DNA of 61,331 nucleotides, counting the filler, from Bipalium vagum (lineage: Eukaryota), in NCBI GenBank assembly GCA_037834085.1. It is 3 parts of 3 records of this genome, joined end to end, with 100 filler letters (N's around TTAATTAATTAA, not from the genome) between each part and the next. Parts side by side here need not be neighbours in the genome. Positions count along the whole stretch, not along the records: positions 1 to 15,797 come from JBBMKC010145368.1; 2 more parts are not named here. One strand, written 5' to 3'. Positions 1-9,208 of the stretch are shown piece by piece. The position numbers and the translations under genes were made by a program. A model generated the notes under the pieces. It made no database searches. It was not told the DNA's origin and worked only from the letters and a program-made list of their open reading frames with translations. Each line of letters opens with the position of its first letter. The stretch's first letter is position 1.

Positions 1-935
1 TGAGAAGAAATGTATAAAGGATATGTTCTCCATGATTTTCTTAAATGGTTTTCTTTGTTATTAATGCATTCAATTATATAAACATTTATTCTTATATTAT
101 TTTCTTTTTCAAATTTAGAAATATTATTTATTTTTATCTTCTTCATTATATTTAAAAGTAAATTCATTTTCTTTATACTAAGTTACTCTTTCTTTATGTT
201 GAGGAATTTGATTTTGCATGAAATAAGAAATTACAGACAAGATAAAACATTTATTATCTCTGTTTTGAATATTAATTAATGAAGAAGATCTGAAGGTGAA
301 GCAATAAATATAATCAATACATAACTTTATATGAGAAAAACCATCAATAATCCAACCAGATTTTTTTAATCGTTGAGAAGAATTTTCCATTTCATTTCTA
401 AACTTTCTATAATTTTTTTCATTTCTGATTTAAGATTATTTGTTGTTAATATTATTCCTACATCAGATGATATTTTTACAGTAAAATATTTTGAATCAGT
501 TGGATGAAAAAAGCATTTAAATTTATTGAAAATTTTAAAGGTTTTAAAAGCAAACCATCGTCAATTTTATAAAATATAGATGTTTTAATTTCAGGAATAA
601 TGTTATATAAATAATCTTTAATATCATTTCCTTCAAATAATTTGTTAGAAATTTCATGATTATAAAATTATATTATAAAACTGTTCTTTCAAAGAAATAT
701 TATGTTTTTCATGATATTCTTCTAAACTTTCAAGTTTATTTGGATTATAAGCACAATATTTTTGATGAGAAATATTAGCTGCAACTGTTCTAAAAATATC
801 CACAAAAATTATATTGTTTTTATGGTATTTAAATTTGATTCATTTTATCAATATGTGTTTTAGATTTTTTATGAGAAATTAAAGCTTAGATATTTTGAAA
901 ATCTCTATCACATATTTCACAATGATTTCAATTCA
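1..935 (-). pseudogene. Protein-primed family B DNA polymerase (pPolB), N-terminal part, outer Polinton
   Basis: Starts with a C2H2 finger (CEICDRDF...SHKKSKTH), then SGWIIDGF...INIQNRDNKCFILSV (ORF 178-390) and YPLYIS near base 1-30. Same motif order as the inner pPolB (GWIIDKY, VNIKTHNKCFQYC). Contains stops and frameshifts. Confidence 0.8.
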
Positions 936-979
936 TTTTTTAGAAAAAAAATTAATTTTAAAATTTTTATTCTTTGAAC

Positions 980-1364
980 TTACCCTTTTGTTTTAGTTTC
1001 AAAATTAAACATTTTTCCTCCTTTTAATTTTATTTCCATAAATTGTTCTTGTAAAAAAACATTTATTTTTCCTAAAAACTTATCTTTTAAAATATGTAAA
1101 GTTACAACTGTCCCATTAATACATAAGTTTTGCTTGGTATTTTAAATCAAATAAAAATCTAGAATATAAATTTTGAAATTCTAATAAACTTAATTGAGAG
1201 TCGGAAGCATAGCTTTTAAGAGCTTTGCTCATATTTTAAAATAATTTGCAAGCTTTTACATAATTCGAATAAGTTCGATAATTTTTTCTTTTTTCAAATT
1301 GAATCCAATTTATAGGATAATATGAATTATTAACTTGAATTCTTAAAGATTTTACTTTATCTTG
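980..1364 (-). pseudogene. Polinton major capsid protein, C-terminal part (split from the N-terminal part by the Gypsy insertion)
   Basis: Reads QDKVKSLRIQVNNSYYPINWIQF...RTYSNY. Removing 1365-12199 and one TCTTG copy restores NNSLFIQ-DKVKSLRIQVNNSYYP in frame. Confidence 0.75.
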
Positions 1365-1429
1365 AGTTAGTTCTTCTACACTAAACATTGAAAAGATGTC
1401 AGAGTTATAAAAAGTATTTATTTAAACAA
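1365..1429 (-). repeat. Gypsy 3' LTR remnant (5' part lost in a deletion that fuses it to the integrase)
   Basis: Matches 12111-12175 with 6 mismatches in 65 bp (ACATTGAAAAGAYGTCAGAGTTATAAAAAGTATTTATTYAAACAA core) and abuts the TCTTG duplication. Confidence 0.88.
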
Positions 1430-1744
1430 TAATGACAACCATGTATTTGTAGTGTGCCGCTGCTTTTTCCATAAATGCTATATCTACCACGATCTGCTCT
1501 AAGAAATGTGAGCTTCTTCTCGGGATTAGGATTTCTTTACTGCGCGTTTGATCAATTTTTCTCTTGGCACAAACGTCACAGGTTTTTAAACATCGTTGGA
1601 CTGAATTCCACATCAATTCCAAGCATTGAGAGTATACTACATGGGAAATTCTGGATAGGCCATCAGCGTTACAATGATCTTGGCCTTTTCTGTACCTCAA
1701 TTCAAAATTATATTCTGATAGATTGGCTAGCCAAGTTTGAAACT
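1425..1744 (-). pseudogene. Gypsy pol: end of RNase H plus truncated integrase (Zn-binding CxxC, first catalytic Asp)
   Basis: QFQTWLANLSEYNFELRYRKGQDHCNADGLSR; CDVCAKRK; FLEQIVVDIAFM...YKYMVVII. Confidence 0.9.
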
Positions 1745-1750
1745 GTGGAC

Positions 1751-1880
1751 ATTATGTATGTAACATTAGACCTTGAACCCGGACCTCAAATTCTCACACA
1801 GAGATAAATATTAAAAATACCAAGTTACCAAAATAACAAAATACTTTTACCTTATATTTATTTATTTTTATAAAAAATGG
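1751..1880 (+). repeat. Left terminal inverted repeat of the inner Polinton
   Basis: GTATGTAACATTAGACCTTGAACCCGGACCTCAAATTCTCACACAG...ATTTATTTATTTTTATAAAAAATGG is the reverse complement of 9021-9202, apart from an internal deletion of roughly 50 bp and substitutions. Confidence 0.9.
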
Positions 1881-2748
1881 TATTGTGAAATTTCTTATAA
1901 AAGTGTTTCTAAGAAAAATAAATCTCATCATTGAAGATACAAGAAAACATGAAAAAAATAAACGAAGAAACAATGATATCAACGATAACAACGAAAAAAC
2001 AATGAGAAAACAACGAATAAAAACAACGACATCAATAAATAAACAACGATTGAAAAGATTCAAGAAAAATATCCATCTTTTTTTATAATAACCGGTGGTG
2101 ACATTCAATCAGCAATAACAAATAATAAATTTTTTAAGAAATTTACTACAGGAAAATATCCAGGAGAATTACATCTTAGATCTTTAAACCCTTTTAACAA
2201 TATAAATCCAACTCATTCATTTACGGGGCCTGGCTCGAATATTGATAAAAGATTAGAAAACTATAATGAAATAATCAATAATTATAATGAAACGGGTAAT
2301 TTAAACACTCCTCCAATTCCTAAACCAGATTCAATACCAATAAACAGAGTTGATCAAGCTGTAAGGAAACATGATGTAAAAGGCATATCAAAAGATTTAA
2401 AAGATCGTCATGTTGTAGACATAGAAATGATACATGAAATGAACAATATTGAAGACCCTACTCCAAGAGAAAAATTAGAAAGAGCTTTAGTATAATTAAT
2501 TATGAAAGGGAAGGTATTGTTTAGACAAGGCATACCAAAGATACTAGGGCCAAAGGCTCGCTTAACGAGAAGCAAAGAATTTAGCATCAGAAAAACTATA
2601 TGAAAATTCCAAAGTACTTCCTCCAGAAAAAAAAGAGCAATTAGCCAAAGAATTACATAAAGAATTTAGAAAATCTAAACATTTATTGAAAGTTAGTTTT
2701 TAATAAAGATGATATTTGGTCAGCAGATTTAACATTTGTACATAAATA
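1874..2748 (+). pseudogene. C2H2-finger / low-complexity / parvovirus-VP1u-like phospholipase A2 (PLA2X-type) / retroviral-like integrase N-terminus
   Basis: KWYCEIS...; KYPGELHLRSL...HSFTGPGSNIDKRL...PINRVDQAVRKHD...DRHVVDIEMI...TPREKLERALV; then EQLAKELHKEFRK...NKDDIWSADLTFV. Frameshifted; the integrase is cut off just after the first catalytic Asp. Confidence 0.8.
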
Positions 2749-3072
2749 GTTCTATTTTAATGAAAGATTGAAAATGATACTAAAAATCCATTAATTTGTA
2801 AATATTTTTATCAATTTTTAAAATTACTAATTAAAATTTATTTATTTTTCCTATAAAAAGTCAGACAAAAAATGGGACAGTTCTTTAGAAATTTTTATTA
2901 TTGGGACAAAATTTCTAAAAAATTGTCCCAAATTTGATTTGATATTATTTTATGAAAAATTTCTATTTTGTATATTAGGGATTCAATTTGATATTATTTT
3001 AAAAGAAATTTCTCTTTCGTTTATTAGAGATATAATTGGAATTTTAAAAAATCGATATCTTATCATGAAGCT

Positions 3073-3426
3073 TTGATTATTGAAAGAATAAAAAGATGTG
3101 AAAGCAATATAAAGATTATCATAAACCAAATTACGGAATATTCTTCTTCTACATCTTTAATTCATTCGGAAAATATAAAATCCATATATTCCTGTATACC
3201 GGAAGTAAATTTATCTTTTGCAAGAGAGGTATGTGAAAATTCAAGAAATATTATTAATGAAATTGAAAATATTGTGAAAGAGGAGGAAAGAAGAAGAAAA
3301 TATGAAGAAACATTATTTAATATTTCAAAAAAGGGGCATCTTTGTAAAAAATATCTTGAACAGAAAAAAGAAAAATTTAAGAATAGAAAAAATCCATATG
3401 ATTTACGAAGAAGCATATTTAAATAA
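3073..3426 (+). CDS. Polinton accessory ORF of unknown function (predicted helical/coiled coil, basic C-terminus)
   Basis: 117-aa open frame inside the TIR-bounded element; no recognisable motif; the start codon is uncertain. Confidence 0.4.
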   Translation: MIIERIKRCESNIKIIINQITEYSSSTSLIHSENIKSIYSCIPEVNLSFAREVCENSRNIINEIENIVKEEERRRKYEETLFNISKKGHLCKKYLEQKKEKFKNRKNPYDLRRSIFK

Positions 3427-3618
3427 AAACTAATCTGATGAAAAACAAATTAACATTTTTTTTCTTCGTTATATTTACTTAATAAAGATTTGTTATTAAA
3501 TAAATTTTAGATTTATTTTGTTTTATTAAACAAATATACTTATTCAAAAATTATGATATGCTATTATTTTAAACAAATATTAAGGTTATAAAGTATTTCT
3601 CAAATATATTTATTAAAA

Positions 3619-4018
3619 ATGGAGGAAAAAACTGGACAAATTACAAAAAATAATTGATGTTGGTAAATGAAAAGTGATAACATTAAATGGTGAGAAAAAA
3701 ATTTTATCTAAAAAAATAATTAATAAAATTAAAGATAAAATTGAAGATGAGAAACAAGGTGGTGTATTACCATTATATCCAATCTTAGGTGCAATATTTG
3801 TAGGATTAGGTGCAGTAGGTGGTGTAGCAGGAGGAGTTGCAACTGCTGTGCAAAAAGTAAAAGAAGCACAAAAAACAGATTTAGAAAAAAAGAAGAAACC
3901 AAGCGAAGCTCTCAACACCAAAGGTGTACCAATAGAAGTGACATCTGGTGCTGGATTGTATTATGCCCACCTAAAGGTTGCGGAATTTACTTTGACCCTT
4001 ATTTTGGAAAGGGGTTAA
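3619..4018 (+). pseudogene. Polinton/adintovirus virion core-type protein with a Gly-rich hydrophobic segment
   Basis: EKQGGVLPLYPILGAIFVGLGAVGGVAGGVATAVQKVKEAQ...SGAGLY resembles the GGFLP-type small virion proteins of Mavericks, with GG-X / GXG protease-site-like motifs. Confidence 0.65.
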
Positions 4019-5445
4019 GAGATTTAATTTAAATAGTATAGAATATAAAAATTTTAATAAATCAGATAGAAAAGAATTAAAAGAGTTATTACAAAAGATG
4101 TCCAAAAATAAAATTTAAATAATTAAGCAAGTGAGTGGTTTGCATTCTGACAGGGAGTAGTCCTTGACAACTTCGTTGGACCCTTATATAAAAGATAAAA
4201 TATTTATTTATTTAAATTACTATACTTAATTTCCCTTTTTATTGGGGAAATTGTTGGAATTAGAACTGCTGTTATGACAGGAATACCAACATTAGGAACT
4301 AGTTTATTAATTTATAATCCAGTTGCAACATCAATTTTTGGGGCATATTTCATATTTCTCTACTACAAATGATTCACAGTTTTTACATATTTGAATTAAC
4401 TCCCTGTCTTGTGAATTATGATTATCTATATGATTTTATTTTTTGAAATTCTTTAATTATTATTTCATTTTTAATATATTTATTTTCATTAATTGTCTCC
4501 AGCTGGGAAAAATATATAATAAATATAATGAATAAATGTAAATGTGAAAATTGTAATCAAGAGTTTAAAACATCACATACATTAAGTAAACATAAAAAAT
4601 CACAAAAAAAACATTTATCTTATCTAAATTCACTTCAAGTAACTTTAGTAAATAATGCTAATTTAATGCATGACAATACTTTAATGGATGAAGATGACAA
4701 TGGTTCTCAATTTAAAATAGATGTAAAAACGTTTCATGATATTTCTTCACCAAATATTACTATAATAGAATATGAAATAAATAATAAAGATAATATAATG
4801 AATTATTTAACAAACATGTTAAATAAATTTTAAAAAATTAAATATCAATTTATAGTTAATGTTACAATAAATAATACTAGAGATTATGAATTCATTACAG
4901 AAACGATTTAATCTGATCAGATTATAAATTTAAATAGAAATATTTCAGAGGATGATATGATAAAAGGTATTTCTAATTATCAAGAATTGTTGGATAGAGA
5001 AATAGATAGAGTAAAAGGATTAGGATGGATAATTGATAAATATTATTCTATTAAAGTTAAAGTTGTAAAAATAAATTCAATAAAGGGGGGTTCTTTTATA
5101 GAATTACCTTTTAGAATTAATTGTTTTGTTAATATAAAAACACATAATAAATGTTTTCAATATTGTGTATTAGCTCATTTAAATGCCTTAAACAGAAATG
5201 TTAATGATCCAAATAGATATACTTATGATACTAAATTATTTAAGGAATTAGATGAGTCTACATCAGGAAATAAGTGGGTTTCAATTAATGATATTAAACA
5301 ATTAGAAAAAAAGATAAACATACCAATAAATGTATATGAATTAATGGGTAAGTGGAATGTAAGAGAAAACTATAAAACAGATTTAATATATTATTCAGAT
5401 TTGAATGAGAAATTAAATAAACAGTCTATCGACCTTTTATTACTA

Positions 5446-5585
5446 TCCAACAAAGTTGGAATTCCTTCGGAAACATATGGCAAAGCCATCAATACCTTCG
5501 GTCAATCCAACAAAGTTGGAATTCTTTCGGAAATATCAAAGAATAATAAAGGTTTTCTTTCAGTCAATAATGAACGAAGTGAATA
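5446..5585. repeat. Array of triloop mini-hairpins inserted in pPolB
   Basis: TCCAAC-AAA-GTTGGA (5446-5460 and 5506-5520), TTCC-TTC-GGAA (5462-5472), ATGGC-AAA-GCCAT (5477-5489), ACC-TTC-GGT (5494-5502), followed by decayed copies. Confidence 0.85.
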
Positions 5586-6185
5586 ACTCAATTATCATTA
5601 TGTTTTATTTAAAAATTTTGAAAGACATGCGTGGTGAAATGGTGTATAAATTACGTCCAACTCAGGAATTACATTTTTGTAAGAGATGTCTGAGTTATCA
5701 AACAACTTTAGTAGCTCATGAGAATCACAAAAGATTATGTATAAATCATAAACCAGATAAGATAAACATGCCTAATACTAAATTCAATAAATTTAGGGGA
5801 TATAATAATAAAATTTTAAAATTTAGTAATTATTCAAAAATGATTAGAGTACCATTTATTATAGTAGCAGATATTGAAAGTGTTAATTTACCTTTTCATA
5901 ATGTAAAAAATAAAGAACAAAATACGTAAGTAAGGATGATTCACCTAAGTTGACTTTAAAAAGTAAAGATCACAAAGTGACGCCAACGTCGTTAGATCTC
6001 TTTAATCAAGTACCCTCGTGCATATATGCAAAATTAATTTCTTAATATCCAGAATTAAAAGAGAATGAAAATATTTTATTTACAGGAGAATACTGTGAAA
6101 AGGATTTTGTTAAGTGGATAAATGAAAAGGAAATAGAATTAAGTGAGTTATTAAAAAAAATATAAAAATAAATATGAGTGAAGAA

Positions 6186-6248
6186 GATCCAACAAAGTTT
6201 GCTTTACAAAGTAAAGATCCAACGAAGTTGGCTTTACAAAGTAAGGAT
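6186..6248. repeat. 2 x 30-bp tandem repeat built from two mini-hairpins, in frame in pPolB (DPTKFALQSK-DPTKLALQSK)
   Basis: CTTTAC-AAA-GTAAAG (6202-6216) and CCAAC-GAA-GTTGG (6219-6231); a decayed relative lies at 5925-5995. Confidence 0.85.
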
Positions 6249-7229
6249 GAGGTTAATTTTAATAATACGTCCACATGTATATATTTTAATAAAAGTTTAC
6301 AACCGCAAAATATAAATCAAAATTTAGAGATCATGATCACTCCAATGGTAAATATAGAGGTTCGGCTCATTATGCATGTAATTTATTAGCTAAGAAACCA
6401 TCTCATTTGCCCATTTATTTTCATAATGGAAGTAAATATGATTTTCATTTAATTATAAAAGAGTTAGGTGAACAAGCAATTCATAAAATTGGTCCTATAC
6501 CTTTAACAGATGAAACATATATTAGTTTTAAGTATGGATTTATTCAATTTATGGATTCTTTAAAAATTTTTCAATCAAGGATTGATGATGTTGCTAAATC
6601 TATGCCAAATGAAAGTTTTATAGAATTAAAAAAGAATTTGATTGTAGTTTTAAAACATTTGAATTTCAAGAACAGAAAATAGAATTAAAATGCAGTCTCA
6701 TAATAATTTTAGGAAGTTTAGTTTATTAAATCAAAAGCAATTATATCCTTATGAATATATAACTTCCTTTGAAACATTAAATGAAACAGAAATACCTCCT
6801 AAAGAAACTTTCTGGACTAGATAAAAACAAGAACATATTTCAGATGAAGAATATCAAAAAGCTAAAGCTATTTGGAATGAATTCACATGTAAAACTTTAT
6901 GGGATTATACGATAGTTTACTTAAAACAAGATGTCTCTATTTTAGCCGATGCTATTGAAAGCTTTAGGAACTTATTTCCATTAGACCATTGTCATTATGT
7001 TTCCTCTCCATCATTAAAATTTGATTGTGGTTTATTAAAACTAAAATTGAACTAGAGTTATTAACTGATCAGTCAATGTATGAAATGTTGGAGAAAGGAA
7101 TTAGAGGAGGTATTTCTGGAGTACAAGGAAAGAGACATGTTATAGCAAACAATAAGTATACTAATCCACTAATGTTTTATTTTTTAATCTCAGTACAATC
7201 CATTATACCTCCTCCTATTTTTATTTCTA

Positions 7230-7794
7230 TTCGAAATAAAATCAAAAAATGGTAAATCAAAGAATGATTGTGATAAGTATATTACTGAACATTTATTATG
7301 TCTTCCTCTCGTAAAATACATATCCATGCGAAGTGTGTTATTAAACGACGTGTTATTAAACGGGTTTGACTGTATATTGTTTTTTTCATTTATTATATCA
7401 TCAAAAATTATTAAACTTTTTCGATTTTTTTCTAATTCATTTGGTGGAGGAATTTCATTTGCTTTATCACTTAATGTTACCCTTATTTGTCTTTGTTTAT
7501 ACTCATAGCCTTGCTCATGAAATTTTATTTTCTTTTTTCTATAAAAATTTGATAAACATTTTCTTTTGAAAATCCATAATTAAAATACTCTTATATATTT
7601 AAGTGCTGGTTGAAGTAAAACAGTTTTTAAAAAAATAATTAAGTTATCATAATCAATATAGTTAGGAGTTAATAACATTTTATATAACTCTGTTTTTCCA
7701 GAACCAGAAGGACCAATAATTAACATTCTAAATATTGAAGGTAAATTTTTATAGAATTATCATTTAATAAATCAGAACAAAAGTTTTCATCCAT
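7230..7794 (-). pseudogene. A32/FtsK-like genome packaging ATPase
   Basis: FRMLIIGPSGSGKT (Walker A, 7714-7691); SLIIFDDI (Walker B, ~7415-7395); YFTRGRHN...VIYLSQSFFDLP. C-terminus truncated against the pPolB deletion. Confidence 0.9.
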
Positions 7795-7811
7795 TTTTTA
7801 AAATTAAATTT

Positions 7812-8589
7812 TAAACTTGTTTTAAATGAATTGTAAAACTTACATCTTCTCCAGTAAAATCTATAAATTCCCCATCTTCATCTTTAATTTTAAAAATTTA
7901 TTTCATTAATATTTTTCATCATTAAAGGAAAATAATTTGGAAATTTTGGTCTTTAAATTATTCTAGATCCTCTTGCAACATTGTTTGAAGGAAAATCAAA
8001 AATATTATTTGTTTTTCTCCCATTAAAAAAATCCCACATTTGCAATATTACATTCAATCATAATTCTATTTATTTTTTGTAATTTTAACTGTTTTAGATT
8101 CATGATTTCCTTCCTTATAAGTTTCATTTAATTCGAATCACCTAATGAATTTTCCTTAGGAAATGAAACACTACACCCTTTTTCTATTTTCATTATACAG
8201 TTTAAAGAAATTGGATTTGATTTTATTTGTATATAAAACTGTTTATCTTTTAAAGGTTCTAAATCTTCATCATCTTTAAATTCATTCTCTATATATTTTG
8301 ATATTTCAGAAATTTTGTATGTTCCCGGATTTAATTTCAATTTCATAGTTTTATTCTTTCCTTTAGAATCTGTCACAGTTACATCTATTCTATTATTTCT
8401 TTCTGTAATATTAAAAATAGAATTATAAGTTGAAAAATAATCTACAGCTAATTCATAGTTTAAATTTGAATCAAGAATTAGAGGAGTTTCAAACGTGTAA
8501 GTTATATCTGATTTTTTAGTTTCTACCATAAATGATGTTCAAAATTTATTTGATAATTGATTTGATATTTGTTTTAAGGTATCATCCAT
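7812..8589 (-). pseudogene. Polinton minor capsid protein (penton-like single jelly roll)
   Basis: FETPLILDSNLNYELAVDYFSTYNSIFNITERNN...LNPGTYKISEI; after frameshifts, CNI...NYFPL...INFKIKDEDGEFIDFTGEDVSFTIHLKQV*. Confidence 0.85.
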
Positions 8590-8599
8590 TTTAAAAGAA

Positions 8600-9024
8600 A
8601 AAATATAAATTTGAGAACAAAGTCCAAATTTCGAGTAAAGATCTCATTTAATCAGAATCTATATCAAATTTAACAAGTATTTTTTCATGTGTCTTTGGAT
8701 TAATTTTATTTTGTTCGATTTTGTTTGTTTATTTTATTCACGAATATACCAATCGATATTAATAATATTTTCTTGATTAACATCATTTTGTTCATTTTTA
8801 CTTTGTTGGTTTCCATCTTTTTGATTTTCTAATTTAACAGACAATGTTTTTGTGGTTAGTGCATTAGTAACTGGTTTATGAAATATTGTTAAATCTTGTT
8901 CTAAACCTCTTTCTGCTCTCCATTGATTTAATTGGTCAGTTTCAAATTATTTTTTTGCAACAATTAATTCTTTTAACATTCTTATTTCTCTTTGTATATA
9001 ACTTTCATTTTTATTCGATTCCAT
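8600..9024 (-). pseudogene. Polinton terminal ORF of unknown function
   Basis: ATG sits at the inner edge of the right TIR; MESNKNESYIQREIRMLKEL...LEQDLTIFHKPVTNAL; several stops. Confidence 0.5.
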
Positions 9025-9202
9025 TTTTTATAAAAATAAATAAATATAAGATAAGATAAAAGTATTTTGTTATTATGACAAGTTGGTATTTTTGAGAATT
9101 TCATACTTTGGTATGTCGTAATTTGGTAATTTGTTATTTTTTATTTTTCTCCCTGTGGGAGAATTTGAGGTCAGGGTTCAAGGTCTGATGTTACATACTA
9201 CT
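9021..9202 (-). repeat. Right terminal inverted repeat of the inner Polinton
   Basis: Ends ...TTACATACTACT (AGTAGT terminus on the minus strand, typical of Polintons), immediately followed by GTGGAC. Confidence 0.9.
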
Positions 9203-9208
9203 GTGGAC

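Larger units (their letters stand above)
4528..7170 (+). pseudogene. pPolB of the inner Polinton: N-terminal region plus 3'-5' exonuclease; polymerase palm deleted
   Basis: C2H2 start; GGSFIELP; NKCFQYC; VPFIIVADIES (ExoI); RDHDHSNGKYRGSAHYACNL; YFHNGSKYDFHLII (ExoII); FMDSL; YPYEY; YLKQDVSILAD (ExoIII); EKGIRGGIS. Ends at ANNKY before the DxNxLY motif. Many stops and frameshifts. Confidence 0.93.
1751..9202 (+). mobile_element. Inner Polinton/Maverick, 7452 bp, internally deleted (no major capsid or protease gene seen; integrase and polymerase truncated)
   Basis: 6-bp duplication GTGGAC at 1745-1750 and 9203-9208; TIRs, with the right end reading AGTAGTATGTAAC on the minus strand; pPolB, ATPase, penton, PLA2-like and integrase remnants. 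Excision restores Gypsy RNase H KNPISP-QFQTWL. Confidence 0.93.

Noticed and set aside
1743-1750. Apparent 8-bp duplication CTGTGGAC at both ends of the inner element
   Set aside because: The CT at 9201-9202 is the element's own terminus (AG on the minus strand); only a 6-bp TSD restores the Gypsy frame.
3162-3921. Minus-strand ORFs 3162-3416 and 3613-3921 (also 1475-1807, 7326-7569, 10323-10988)
   Set aside because: Antisense shadows of viral or retroelement genes.
4210-4470. Coding-like segment between the core protein and pPolB
   Set aside because: Both strands give short broken frames with no recognisable motif; cannot assign strand or product.
5446-5535. Repeat-spacer-repeat pattern resembling a mini CRISPR array
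   Set aside because: Only two repeats, the spacer is itself made of hairpins, there are no cas genes and the context is a eukaryotic virus; reported as a mini-hairpin array instead.
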